64,000 bases of DNA from positions 992,001-1,056,000 of the forward strand of contig CAXXDV010000003.1 in the NCBI GenBank assembly GCA_963674745.2. The letters run 5' to 3'. Made by a program: the position numbers and the translations under genes. The notes under the pieces are model-generated. The model was not told the origin of the DNA. It saw only the letters and a program-made list of their open reading frames with translations, and did not search any database. The stretch's first letter is position 1. Each line of letters opens with the position of its first letter. The DNA comes from Desulfosudaceae bacterium. GTDB lineage: Bacteria; Desulfobacterota; Desulfobacteria; Desulfobacterales; Desulfosudaceae. This document shows positions 9,362-18,514 of this stretch, one piece after another.

Positions 9362-10756
9362 TTAATGAACTGCCCTGTATTCCTCAAGCGCTTTTTGTAT
9401 GTCATTGATAAAATCTTTCGGAAAAAGCTTTCCCGCCACTTTCTGCTGAACGGTTTTACTGGCCTTTTCAATCGCCTGTTGATCTTCGGGTGAAAAGGTT
9501 AACGCCTTCATGCCGCATTTGGTTTCAAATGCTTTCAGGCATTTTTCTTCGTAGTTTCTGATCTGTCGCTTCCATTCCGACTCAAGGGAAGACCATTCAA
9601 AGGCCCATACTTCCATAAAATTCCGGAAAAAAATTTCGGATCCATCGAGATGTTGTCGAATTTTATCTTTCATATAGCTACCGACAATAATGGCCCCTGG
9701 AGTGTAGATTACGGGCTGCTTAAAGTAATAGTTTAAATATGGATAAGCCTGCATGCCCAGCACCCAGGACGGCGGAGCCATCATTATATTGTCCCGGATG
9801 TTATTGAGCGTGGCAACAAGGTCCGGCACGTCAACAGAATCCGGGCTGATCCCCAGTTCCGTGTAAAATGTTTTTTCAAACTCACCGAACCAGCTGAGCA
9901 CGTTCTCTCTTCGCATATCATCCAGCCCGGTTATTTTGTTTCCTGAAAATATATTTAAAAACCCGGTGTCAATAAGTGCCAGCAGGGTATAACCTCGCTT
10001 TTCAAAACTTTCGTCCAGTCTTTTTCTAAATTTTTCAGATATATAATCGACCTCATCATAATTTCGGAACAAACCGGGCAACATCAGCACCGACGATTCC
10101 GGGCAGGCTTCCAGCATACCCAGTGCGGTGCAGCCGCAATCGTCCAGTTCGCCGTTTTCCATTTTCTGAAGAACCTCTCTGTCATCGCCCATGACACCGC
10201 CGCCGTAAAGTTTTGTCTGGAGTCTTCCGCGGGCCAGCCTCTGTTCAAGTTCAGGAAAACCGATGGTTTCAGCAACCGTTAGCCAGGGGGTACCCGGTGG
10301 AGCCAGTGAACCGCATTTAAACACGATCGGGCCTTCTGTTTTAAAGGACGAAGACAGCGACCGCCACATCACCGTTTCAAATTCTTCCCAGTTCATATAA
10401 GGGGTAAACAGGGCGTTAACCCGCTCCGGAAGCAGTTTTAAAAAATACCGGGATGTTTCCCGGCGATCCATAATAGGGAGAAGCGCTTTTTCTATCATTT
10501 TGGCAAGTTCGGACTTCTCCACTTCACCATTCGCCAACATGGTTTTTAGGATCTGTTGGCGTTGTTTCATGGCCGCGCTGAATTCCCGACCGGTCCATAA
10601 AGCCTCCAGGTTGTCCTTTAATATGTCCTCAAACTCAGCCCGGGTAGCTGCTGCTGCCGGGTCCACAAGCGGCTGTCCGGCGATAAACAGCAATATGAGT
10701 CCGCAGAACACTACTCGAGAACGGAAATTTTCAAAAAGGGTAAAAGAAAAGATCAT
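9362..10756 (-). CDS. TRAP substrate-binding protein (DctP family) with N-terminal extension
   Basis: GSLAPPGTPW, LYGGGVMGDDREVLQKMENGELD, LPGLFRNYDEVDY. Confidence 0.8.
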   Translation of the reverse strand: MIFSFTLFENFRSRVVFCGLILLFIAGQPLVDPAAAATRAEFEDILKDNLEALWTGREFSAAMKQRQQILKTMLANGEVEKSELAKMIEKALLPIMDRRETSRYFLKLLPERVNALFTPYMNWEEFETVMWRSLSSSFKTEGPIVFKCGSLAPPGTPWLTVAETIGFPELEQRLARGRLQTKLYGGGVMGDDREVLQKMENGELDDCGCTALGMLEACPESSVLMLPGLFRNYDEVDYISEKFRKRLDESFEKRGYTLLALIDTGFLNIFSGNKITGLDDMRRENVLSWFGEFEKTFYTELGISPDSVDVPDLVATLNNIRDNIMMAPPSWVLGMQAYPYLNYYFKQPVIYTPGAIIVGSYMKDKIRQHLDGSEIFFRNFMEVWAFEWSSLESEWKRQIRNYEEKCLKAFETKCGMKALTFSPEDQQAIEKASKTVQQKVAGKLFPKDFINDIQKALEEYRAVH

Positions 10757-10822
10757 TACTACACTCCCATGGGTCGTTTAGTGTCCACAAAAAGACTATG
10801 CAACTTAATATATTGGATTCCC

Positions 10823-11326
10823 TTAATCGTTATGCTCATCAAAGGTCTCGTCCCTTGTCTGAATCACCCTTTTATAGTTGCTGTACATGCTTTTTTTTTC
10901 ATGTGAGCCGGAAGGCAGACCCGGCAATCCCCGGAAAGAGAACTTTTCATTATCTGCTTCCTGCCAGGTAATCAAGGAGCAGTTTCTAATGTTCAGTTTT
11001 TCCAGCAGGTGGATGGTGCTGGTTTTCGTTTGCAACGGCACAGCCAGATACCAATAGTCGAATGCTTTTGAATAACCGAGCCACTGACATTGCGCCTGAT
11101 TCTCGGTAATTGAATCAGTTGATTCAAAAGCAATTCCCCAAGCCTTTACAGGAGTCGAGTTGTCGGTCACAAATAAATCAATAGTCAAGCCCTCCCTCTC
11201 GCTATCCTCCTGATGGTCGTGGTATAAACTACAGGACATTCCAAAATCATAATAGATGCCGGCTGCGGCAAAAACGGTTGCATCATGACTGTACTTTTGA
11301 ACAGAAAGTTGATTGTCACTCATCAT
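10823..11326 (-). CDS. Hypothetical protein
   Basis: 167-aa ORF immediately downstream of TetR, same strand. Confidence 0.55.
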   Translation of the reverse strand: MMSDNQLSVQKYSHDATVFAAAGIYYDFGMSCSLYHDHQEDSEREGLTIDLFVTDNSTPVKAWGIAFESTDSITENQAQCQWLGYSKAFDYWYLAVPLQTKTSTIHLLEKLNIRNCSLITWQEADNEKFSFRGLPGLPSGSHEKKSMYSNYKRVIQTRDETFDEHND

Positions 11327-11341
11327 TGGTTATTTAATTCC

Positions 11342-11992
11342 TTACTCTTTCTTCTCAATAAAGGACATGATCAACAGAAAAAAGAGATCGGCTACCCTGG
11401 TGACGTTTTCTTTCCGGGAATAGCCCACTTCATCCAGCAGTCCGTTATTGTAAAGACTGACAATACCGTGAAGCTGGCTCCATAACGATATTTGTAAAAT
11501 GCCGATATCTTGCGGAAGATTATATCCGGCCGCCTTAAATTCCATAACGCATTGACTCATTAGTTCCAGGCTTCGAAGAGTAGACTCACGTTCTCCGGCA
11601 GCTATCTTTTCCAGGACGGTTCCCACGTAGTAAGTGTATTTGGGTGCGGCCGAATCGAACATGACCTCGTAGTAATGGGGGGTGTAAAGGCCAAACTCCA
11701 CGTACGCCCGGATCATATTCCAGGCTTTTGTCTTGAGGTCTGAAACGGACCCGTAGGCGGCCGATATTTTTTCGTAAAGGATGTCACCAGCACGCTTGCG
11801 GATGGCAATATTGATCTCGTCTTTATTGGCAAAATAGTAATACAGGCTTGGCGCGGCCATGTTCATACGGGCCCCGATTTTTCGCAGGGAAAGATTCTGA
11901 AAGCCATCTTCTTTGACGACCTGTGCTGCAACGTCAATTATTTTGTTTTTAAATTCGTTTATTTCCTGATCATTCCGTGGCGTCTTGGGCAT
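11342..11992 (-). CDS. TetR/AcrR family regulator (WHG-type C-terminus)
   Basis: GFQNLSLRKIGARMNMAAPSLYYYFANKDE HTH; LWSQLHGIVSL. Confidence 0.92.
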   Translation of the reverse strand: MPKTPRNDQEINEFKNKIIDVAAQVVKEDGFQNLSLRKIGARMNMAAPSLYYYFANKDEINIAIRKRAGDILYEKISAAYGSVSDLKTKAWNMIRAYVEFGLYTPHYYEVMFDSAAPKYTYYVGTVLEKIAAGERESTLRSLELMSQCVMEFKAAGYNLPQDIGILQISLWSQLHGIVSLYNNGLLDEVGYSRKENVTRVADLFFLLIMSFIEKKE

Positions 11993-12020
11993 TTCCCCTT
12001 TCCTTTTCCTTGATTTTAAT

Positions 12021-12049
12021 CTAACACATGTTCGTCTAACAGCTGTTAG
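12021..12049. promoter_or_regulatory. Tandem palindromic operators upstream of tetR (probable autoregulation)
   Basis: ctaacagctgttag perfect palindrome 12036-12049 plus degenerate ctaacacatgttcg 12021-12034; minus-strand TTGACA near 12070. Confidence 0.7.
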
Positions 12050-12282
12050 GTATATGAGTCGTTGATTTATGTCAAGTAAATAATGAAGAAACGAAACGGA
12101 TTCAATTCATGGATGAAATCATGGGGAGTCGGGAATCCAGTATAAAAACCTCTTCTTTCGTTATTGCGACCCGAACCTGCCGATTCCCGGGTTATCTATT
12201 TAATTACTTTCTGGAAGGTTGAGGCTATCCGTCGCATTGCCTGTGGGTTTCAACCAGGAAGCCGGAATGACCAAGCACAGGC

Positions 12283-12365
12283 ATTTTCTCCCTGGGTTGT
12301 AGGGGAGAACTTTTTCATGCCTTACCCCTTGTGATAATCGACGATCTCAACTTTTAATAAGAGCC
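12283..12365 (-). pseudogene. Remnant of a higBA-type TA junction
   Basis: Minus strand reads ...KVEIVDYHKG* then MKKFSPTTQGE, resembling the HigB killer-family C-terminus (VEIVDYH) and HigA N-terminus (PxHPGE). Confidence 0.55.
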
Positions 12366-12485
12366 ATGCGGAACGTTTCGGTTTTACGAAAGAATAGGGT
12401 TGTAATATTGATTAATTACGGTGTAATATCGTTAGGGTTGTTTGAGGGGCGCAGTCTTATAAGTATTTGAAATTATTTAAAAAAA

Positions 12486-12516
12486 TGGCGGAAGTGCATG
12501 GGAATCGAACCCACCC
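12486..12516 (-). mobile_element. att core: 31-bp duplicate of tRNA-Sec 3' end inside attP-like site (12366-12593)
   Basis: tggcggaagtgcatgggaatcgaacccaccc identical to 23585-23615; tgcggaacg motifs at 12367 and 12570/12581. Confidence 0.92.
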
Positions 12517-12656
12517 TTAAGTTTTTAACTATTTGATAATAAATCAAAATTTTTATAACCTGCTTTTTTTGCGGAACGTTTGCGGAACGAATTTTCAATA
12601 GCACAATCGATTTGAAATTATGCAATAGACTTTTTTTAAAAAAGAACAAGAATCAG

Positions 12657-12688
12657 TTGACAATATGTCAGATCTGACATAATATAAT
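12657..12688 (+). promoter_or_regulatory. sigma70 promoter with 18-bp palindromic operator, TA copy 1
   Basis: TTGACA-17-TAATAT; tatgtcagatctgacata (12664-12681) between the boxes. Confidence 0.85.
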
Positions 12689-12692
12689 ATTC

Positions 12693-13052
12693 ATGAGTCC
12701 AAGCGATAAACCACTCGTGTGGCTGCAAGGCGAAATTACAAGTCCGCCTTTTTCTTCAAATGCCCGAATTGAAGCGGGGTATTTATTACGGCAACTCCAG
12801 AAAGGCATAAAACTGTCTTTGCCTCAGTCGCGGCCAATGCCGTCAATTGGGGCTCGTTGCCATGAACTGAGGATAAACGATGAAGCAAGAACCTGGCGAA
12901 TCGTTTATCAGGTGCATAAGGATGCCATTTTGATCCTGGAGATTTTTGAGAAAAAGACAGGCAAAACTCCGAAATCAGTAATTGATGTCTGCAAACAAAG
13001 AATCAAATTCTATGAGGCAGACGTTAAGGAATGGGAAAAGAACAATGGATAA
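12693..13052 (+). CDS. Type II toxin, RelE/ParE superfamily (HigB/Gp49-like)
   Basis: SRPMPSIGARCHELRI..WRIVY..ILILEIFEKKTGKTP. Confidence 0.9.
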   Translation: MSPSDKPLVWLQGEITSPPFSSNARIEAGYLLRQLQKGIKLSLPQSRPMPSIGARCHELRINDEARTWRIVYQVHKDAILILEIFEKKTGKTPKSVIDVCKQRIKFYEADVKEWEKNNG

Positions 13053-13353
13053 GAAAAAAAAGAAAGCCATAGAGTCTAAGGGCTATAAGGTCGGCTCCGT
13101 GGATGAGCTTCTTGGCCTGAACGCTGATGAAATGGAATACATCGAATTAAAACTGTCCCTCAGCCAGGCTTTAACAAAGCACCGGAAGAAAAGCAAATTG
13201 ACACAGGCGCAGTTGGCCAAGCGGTTGAAATCCAGCCAGTCCAGGGTCGCAAAAATGGAAAACGGCGATCCCAGTGTTTCTGTTGATCTTCTGATAAAAT
13301 CCCTGCTGGCCTTGGGAGCCGACAAAAATAGCATCGCAAAAGCCATTATCTGA
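13045..13353 (+). CDS. Xre-HTH antitoxin (HigA-like)
   Basis: LTQAQLAKRLKSSQSRVAKMENGD; ATG 13045 overlaps the toxin end. Confidence 0.9.
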   Translation: MDKKKKKAIESKGYKVGSVDELLGLNADEMEYIELKLSLSQALTKHRKKSKLTQAQLAKRLKSSQSRVAKMENGDPSVSVDLLIKSLLALGADKNSIAKAII

Positions 13354-13523
13354 CTTGTCCTGAACAAACAAACTCCATTTCAAAGCACGGATCAAACTCA
13401 GGAGCGTGATTCATAGACGTCGTTTCAACTGTTTAGCTGTATTTCTAATCGATAATTTTGTTCCTGGATACATTTTTGAGGCATCAAAATTATCGTAAAC
13501 GTCACTCCAATACGGTGTTCCCA

Positions 13524-13899
13524 TCAACTCGAACACAGATTCACAACTCTTTTTCCAATATGCTTGGCCTCTTCAATTGCATTTAATGAAAATGATGCGC
13601 CAGGGCCTTGGAGCACATCCCCTTTGGCCAGCCCGTAACCAATGCTTCCCCCTGCTACTTTCATGTCATGAATTGAAAAAAAACTCTGCAAAAAGCTGAG
13701 GGCCTGCCAGCCACCGACCCTTCTTGTGGCGACAATGGCAGCAGCGACTTTCCCCTTCAGCTTCCGGGAAAACAAATATGAATACGTTCTGTCAATAACC
13801 GCTTTTGCCTGGGCACTGACATTAACAAAATATACCGGAGTTCCAAATATTATTCCGTCTACTTTTTCCATACAGTCAAATATTTGATGCATATCAGTA
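13524..13899 (-). pseudogene. 5'-truncated flavodoxin/NADPH-dependent FMN reductase (Isf-like)
   Basis: DGIIFGTPVYF..AQAKAVIDR..LKGKVAA; N-terminal flavin-binding/Cys region absent; sequence breaks at the repeat boundary 13900. Confidence 0.8.
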
Positions 13900-14019
13900 A
13901 TGCGGAACGTTTCGGTTTTACGAAAGAATAGGGTTGTAATATTGATTAATTACGGTGTAATATCGTTAGGGTTGTTTGAGGGGCGCAGTCTTATAAGTAT
14001 TTGAAATTATTATAAGAAA

Positions 14020-14050
14020 TGGCGGAAGTGCATGGGAATCGAACCCACCC
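14020..14050 (-). mobile_element. att core: second 31-bp duplicate of tRNA-Sec 3' end inside attP-like site (13900-14124)
   Basis: Identical 31-mer; arm motifs at 13901 and 14104/14115. Confidence 0.92.
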
Positions 14051-14189
14051 TTCAATTTTTAACTATCTGGTATTAAATAGGATTTTTGATAATCCGCCTT
14101 TTTTGCGGAACTTTTGCGGAACGAATCCTCAATAGCACAATCGATTTGAAATTATGCAATAGACTTTTTTAAAAAAGAATAAGAACCAG

Positions 14190-14221
14190 TTGACAATATG
14201 TCAGATCTGACATAATATAAT
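14190..14221 (+). promoter_or_regulatory. sigma70 promoter/operator, TA copy 2
   Basis: Same TTGACA and tatgtcagatctgacata palindrome (14197-14214). Confidence 0.85.
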
Positions 14222-14225
14222 ATTC

Positions 14226-14585
14226 ATGAGTCCAAACGATAAACCACTGGTGTGGCTGCAAGGTGAAATTACAAGTCCGCCTTTTTCCTCAAATGCCCGA
14301 ATTGAAGCGGGGTATCTACTACGTCAACTCCAGAAAGGCATGAAACTGTCTTTGCCTCAATCGCGGCCAATGCCGTCAATTGGGACTCGTTGTCATGAGC
14401 TGAGGATAAACGATGAAGCAAAAACCTGGCGAATTGTTTATCAGGTGCATAAGGATGCCATTTTGATCCTGGAGATTTTTGAAAAAAAGACAGGCAAAAC
14501 TCCGAAATCAGTAGTTGATGTCTGCAAACAAAGAATCAAATTCTATGAGGCAGACGTTAAGGAATGGGAAAAGAACAATGGATAA
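14226..14585 (+). CDS. RelE/HigB-like toxin, copy 2
   Basis: 119 aa, a few substitutions versus copy 1. Confidence 0.9.
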   Translation: MSPNDKPLVWLQGEITSPPFSSNARIEAGYLLRQLQKGMKLSLPQSRPMPSIGTRCHELRINDEAKTWRIVYQVHKDAILILEIFEKKTGKTPKSVVDVCKQRIKFYEADVKEWEKNNG

Positions 14586-14886
14586 GAAAAAAAAGAAAGC
14601 CATAGAGTCTAAAGGCTACAGAGTCGGCTCCGTGGATGAGTTTCTTGGCCTGAGTGCTGATGAAATGGAGTACATCGAATTAAAACTGTCCCTCAGTCAG
14701 GCTTTAACAAAGCACCGCAAGAAAAGCAAATTAACACAAGCGCAGTTGGCCAAGCGTTTAAAGTCCAGCCAGTCCAGGGTCGCAAAAATGGAAAACGGTG
14801 ATCCCAGTGTTTCTGTTGATCTTCTGATAAAATCACTGCTGGCTCTGGGAGCCGACAAAAATAGCATCGCAAAAGCCATTATCTGA
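14578..14886 (+). CDS. Xre-HTH antitoxin, copy 2
   Basis: 102 aa, 3 substitutions versus copy 1. Confidence 0.9.
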   Translation: MDKKKKKAIESKGYRVGSVDEFLGLSADEMEYIELKLSLSQALTKHRKKSKLTQAQLAKRLKSSQSRVAKMENGDPSVSVDLLIKSLLALGADKNSIAKAII

Positions 14887-15004
14887 GATTAATTAGCGTT
14901 GTTTCCTGTTCGGTTTGGTCTATATTTCGCCCAAAGGGAATCCCAAGCTTTAATTCTTTGGCTTTCCGTTCCACAAAACAATTGATCATGGCCGGTATAT
15001 CCTC

Positions 15005-15028
15005 TGCGGAACGTTTGCGGAACGAATT
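15005..15028 (+). repeat. Isolated arm-motif doublet without tRNA core
   Basis: tgcggaacgtttgcggaacgaatt identical to 12570-12593. Confidence 0.85.
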
Positions 15029-15119
15029 CGAAATAATTTATCGCAAATATATTCTTTTTTGACTTCATAAATTTTCCCCATGAATTTTCTTGTTTTTCGA
15101 TCCTGAAGCGCAATACATT

Positions 15120-17780
15120 TTATTCATCATCATTTTCGCCACAATTCACTCCCGATTGTAAACTTGTCAAAAAACAACCACCGCCACTGCCACTGCCGGT
15201 GTTGCCGCCATCCGTGGAATTGTTGTCCTGTCCGTTTGTCCCACTTATCACGGACCCGGTAACGCGCATGGCGATGGAATAGAGGCCGGAACGGGTGGTG
15301 ATAAAAAGGGTGCTGTTGTCCGCCCCCCCAAAACAGGCATTGGTCACCTGGCCGGGTGCGCTGATGGTTTCAATCCAATCCCCCTTGTCATTAAACACCA
15401 GCACGCCGTTCTCGCACAGATAAACATTATTCTCATTGTCAATGGTCATGCCGTCAGCGCCGATATAGGCGAAAACCTGCTTGTCCGCGAGGCTTCCGTC
15501 ATTGTTAATGGTATAATGGTATGTTACTCCGGCGCCATGGTCCGTTACATAAAGAATCGTTCCGTCTGCAGTGCCGACAATACCGTTCGGACGGATCATG
15601 TCATCAATGACGCGAACAACCGATCCGCGGTCGGGAGTGATATAATACACGTGCTGGCCGTCCTGTTGCAAAGTTGAGGAGAAATAGAGTGGATCCGTGA
15701 AATAAACACCGCCGTCCGGGCTTATCCAGAGGTCATTTGGCTCATTAAACGGAACATTATTATAGGTACCGGCGATGATGGTTGTGTTGCCGGCATCATC
15801 AATGGAAGCCAGGCATCCGCCAGTCCCCTGGCAGGCCAGAAGATTGCCGCTTGTGTCAAAATACAGGCCGTTGGTTCCCATGGAATTTGTCAAAAATGTC
15901 GACAACACTCCTTCCACGGACCATTTATAAATAAGATTCGAGGAAATATCTGAAAAAAAGATATTACCCCCGTCATCTGCAGCCGGTCCTTCGGCAAACG
16001 AGAAATTCTCTGCCAAAGAGGTCACCGTCCCCCCGGGAGCCACAACGCTTCCGGTATCATCCGTTTTAAAAAGAAAATCCGTGTTTTCAATGACCGGCAT
16101 ATCGATTTTTGAGGCGTACAGCCAGGCGCCGGAACAGTCATACACACTGGGATTTTCCTGATAATCCGGAAAGTTTTCATAATACCCCGTGCGGAGTGCC
16201 ATCAGGGTTTCTGCCTGGGTGCCGGACAGGCTGTTGCCCACCGCCGCAAAGTTGGTGGCATAGTGGTACATCATGGCACCTTCATATGCCCCGTACTGCC
16301 GAACCAGGGCAATAACATCGTCTTTGGAAACAGGCGTACCATTCATGAAAAGCCGCAGCTTTTCAGCTGTTTTCTGCCTTTGTAAGACAATGTTGTTCAA
16401 GTCTGTTCTCTGGATATCCACCAGGCCGGTTATCAGGCTCGCTTGAGTTTCATCGAGTGCGTCAAGAAATGCCTGTCCCATGTCCGCGGTAAGGTTGGTG
16501 TCAATGGTCACGGCTTCCCTTGCTATTAAGGGCGGGATGTCTTTCATGTAAAAAGAGCCAAAGTAGGTCCCGTGGCGTTCCGGACAGAAATAGGTGTCTC
16601 CTTCAACAGATCCCAGGTACCAGGCAAACAGCTGTGTGGCATAAGTGCTGACCAGCACCCGGCCGTCACTCACGGTAAGGCCGGACAGATCGACAGGATC
16701 TGCCGCCGGCCACTCTTCATTGGCAATGGTCCCGCCTTCACCCGCCTGTTCGAACAGGTTATTAAATTCGTCCAGCAAATCAGAAAGGGCTGTTTTCTGG
16801 GCATCGGTCAATCCCACCACAATGCCGCCGAGCACATTAGCCCTGGAGTAACTGATGTCCGCATCAATTTCATACAAATCTGCCGTGAATTCTTTTAACG
16901 CATCTTTATCCAGGCCTGTTGTTCCTTCCGGCAGGTCATTTTCCAGAAGACGGATGAACGCCTCGATCATGACAAATCGTTTATATCCGTATGCATCTAC
17001 CTGCCATGCCTGAGTATTGGCCAGGTCCACCAGGGCCTGAACCTGGGCATCGGTTAGAATCGACAGGACGCTGTCTGAAATTCTGCCGGCAAATTCCGTG
17101 TTATGGCCGAATCCGTTGGGTGTGATGTCCCGTAAATACTGGAATCCGAAAAAGTCGGATACTTTGCCGGGCGGAAAAAAGGTATTGGAGCAAAAATCGC
17201 TGGTCAGAAATGCCAGCGCGGAAAATGCAATTGTTTTCATCTGGGCTTCATCCCCGATGGCCTGGGTAATGGAGATCCCAGCTTCGGTTGTATCCGTTGG
17301 ATTGTTTGCATCCGGGGGGTCAGTATCTCCTGTATTTTCCGAATTTGCAAAATATGCATTGCAGGCATCGCGGCAATATTTTCGGTCACCGCAGGCAAGG
17401 TTTGACGATTCATCGCAATAGGTTTTGCAGTCTGCCTCGTTGTCAAGTCCGATCATCGTTATATAATCATAATCAGGCCCCAGAACGGAAGGGGCTTCTA
17501 CGGTGATCAAATCGGTATTATTGTCAAACCCTTCTCCTGTTTGTGTTTTAGCAATGCAGGCATCCCGGCAAGCTTGGCGTTCTTCGGCGTTTTTCAAGCA
17601 GTCACAACAATCTTTGCATTCAGGTTCAGACCCAGTATGATTCAGGCAGGTATCAGTCGTATTCTCTGATGCCATTGCGATGGATATGTGACAAAATATT
17701 CCGGAACAAATTCCAAGAACCATGAGTAAACAGATACACCAATGAAACCTTCTCATATAAAGTTCGTATTTTGGGGTCAT
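15120..17780 (-). CDS. Secreted multidomain protein: Cys-rich repeats + unknown helical domain + SMP-30/gluconolactonase domain + GGGCF C-terminal tail
   Basis: FSFAEGP, FNEPND, YFTDP, RPNGI, GADGMTID lactonase-propeller motifs; GSGGGCFLTSL tail. Confidence 0.85.
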   Translation of the reverse strand: MTPKYELYMRRFHWCICLLMVLGICSGIFCHISIAMASENTTDTCLNHTGSEPECKDCCDCLKNAEERQACRDACIAKTQTGEGFDNNTDLITVEAPSVLGPDYDYITMIGLDNEADCKTYCDESSNLACGDRKYCRDACNAYFANSENTGDTDPPDANNPTDTTEAGISITQAIGDEAQMKTIAFSALAFLTSDFCSNTFFPPGKVSDFFGFQYLRDITPNGFGHNTEFAGRISDSVLSILTDAQVQALVDLANTQAWQVDAYGYKRFVMIEAFIRLLENDLPEGTTGLDKDALKEFTADLYEIDADISYSRANVLGGIVVGLTDAQKTALSDLLDEFNNLFEQAGEGGTIANEEWPAADPVDLSGLTVSDGRVLVSTYATQLFAWYLGSVEGDTYFCPERHGTYFGSFYMKDIPPLIAREAVTIDTNLTADMGQAFLDALDETQASLITGLVDIQRTDLNNIVLQRQKTAEKLRLFMNGTPVSKDDVIALVRQYGAYEGAMMYHYATNFAAVGNSLSGTQAETLMALRTGYYENFPDYQENPSVYDCSGAWLYASKIDMPVIENTDFLFKTDDTGSVVAPGGTVTSLAENFSFAEGPAADDGGNIFFSDISSNLIYKWSVEGVLSTFLTNSMGTNGLYFDTSGNLLACQGTGGCLASIDDAGNTTIIAGTYNNVPFNEPNDLWISPDGGVYFTDPLYFSSTLQQDGQHVYYITPDRGSVVRVIDDMIRPNGIVGTADGTILYVTDHGAGVTYHYTINNDGSLADKQVFAYIGADGMTIDNENNVYLCENGVLVFNDKGDWIETISAPGQVTNACFGGADNSTLFITTRSGLYSIAMRVTGSVISGTNGQDNNSTDGGNTGSGSGGGCFLTSLQSGVNCGENDDE

Positions 17781-17835
17781 TTCACTTTCTCCTTATAACA
17801 ATTTGATGATGTGTATTATTTACTCGAATCTGATT

Positions 17836-18189
17836 TTATTTTTGATCCGGCGGCGGGTCAAGGCAGCTTATCTTTCTCGGATCAAAACCCGTAGCTTTAA
17901 TGGCTTCCTGCTGCGCCGCCCCCCGCCGGATTCCGGCTTCCCTGAAGGCGTTATTTATTGCTTTGGCATCGGCTGCGGTTAGAGAATCTGGATTATACTT
18001 AGACAGTATGTCCGCAACTTTTGATTTCAATTCATCCGTCAGGGTCTGCCCTGATTTTTTAGCCGAATTATTATAATTCCCGGTTCCAATTTCTGAGGTG
18101 TTTAACTCCTGGGCAAAAGATACATTGCAAAGATGGATGGTCAATATTGCACAGCCCCATGTTAATACGTTTTTAAAATTCTGTTTCAT
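17836..18189 (-). CDS. Small secreted hypothetical protein
   Basis: AGGAGG RBS, signal peptide ending SFA. Confidence 0.75.
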   Translation of the reverse strand: MKQNFKNVLTWGCAILTIHLCNVSFAQELNTSEIGTGNYNNSAKKSGQTLTDELKSKVADILSKYNPDSLTAADAKAINNAFREAGIRRGAAQQEAIKATGFDPRKISCLDPPPDQK

Positions 18190-18265
18190 TTTGGCCCTCC
18201 TTATTCTTTTGGTTTTAAAAGGTGACTTTGGTTACCCAATGTTGATTAGAGTATAAAAATGAATT

Positions 18266-18423
18266 ATGAACTGAAGATGAATTGACAAAAAAATTTTTAT
18301 TTTAATTTTTTAGCCTCAAAACATTAAACTGAGCAAATGTGTTATTTTAGATTTCGAGCATTCGCTTTAATGACCAAAAATGAACTTCATATTAATGAAA
18401 TGCGTTTTTCATTTTCGGTTCAT
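18266..18423. promoter_or_regulatory. Divergent promoter region with OmpR-type TTCAT-N6-TTCAT direct repeats on each strand
   Basis: atgaa at 18266/18277 (minus) and ttcat at 18408/18419 (plus), each ~10 bp upstream of a -10-like hexamer. Confidence 0.55.
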
Positions 18424-18514
18424 TTTTGTTGTATATGATAAGGACGGGAAAATGATGGGAATAATTATTCAGGTGTTATTGTTTTAAATTCATTATCCTG
18501 AAAGGTGGAACGTC

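Larger units (their letters stand above)
12366..13353 (+). repeat. ~990-bp direct repeat copy 1: arm + selC core + arm + TA operon
   Basis: Aligns with 13900-14886 (offset 1533-1534). Confidence 0.97.
13900..14886 (+). repeat. ~990-bp direct repeat copy 2
   Basis: Aligns with 12366-13353. Confidence 0.97.

Noticed and set aside
12982..13044. Longer antitoxin starts (12982, 14515)
   Set aside because: Deep overlap with the toxin; ATG at 13045/14578 gives typical coupling
12366..15028. CRISPR array or integron attC cassettes
   Set aside because: The repeats are tRNA-Sec ends 1.5 kb apart; no regular spacers, cas genes, intI or attC R-box palindromes
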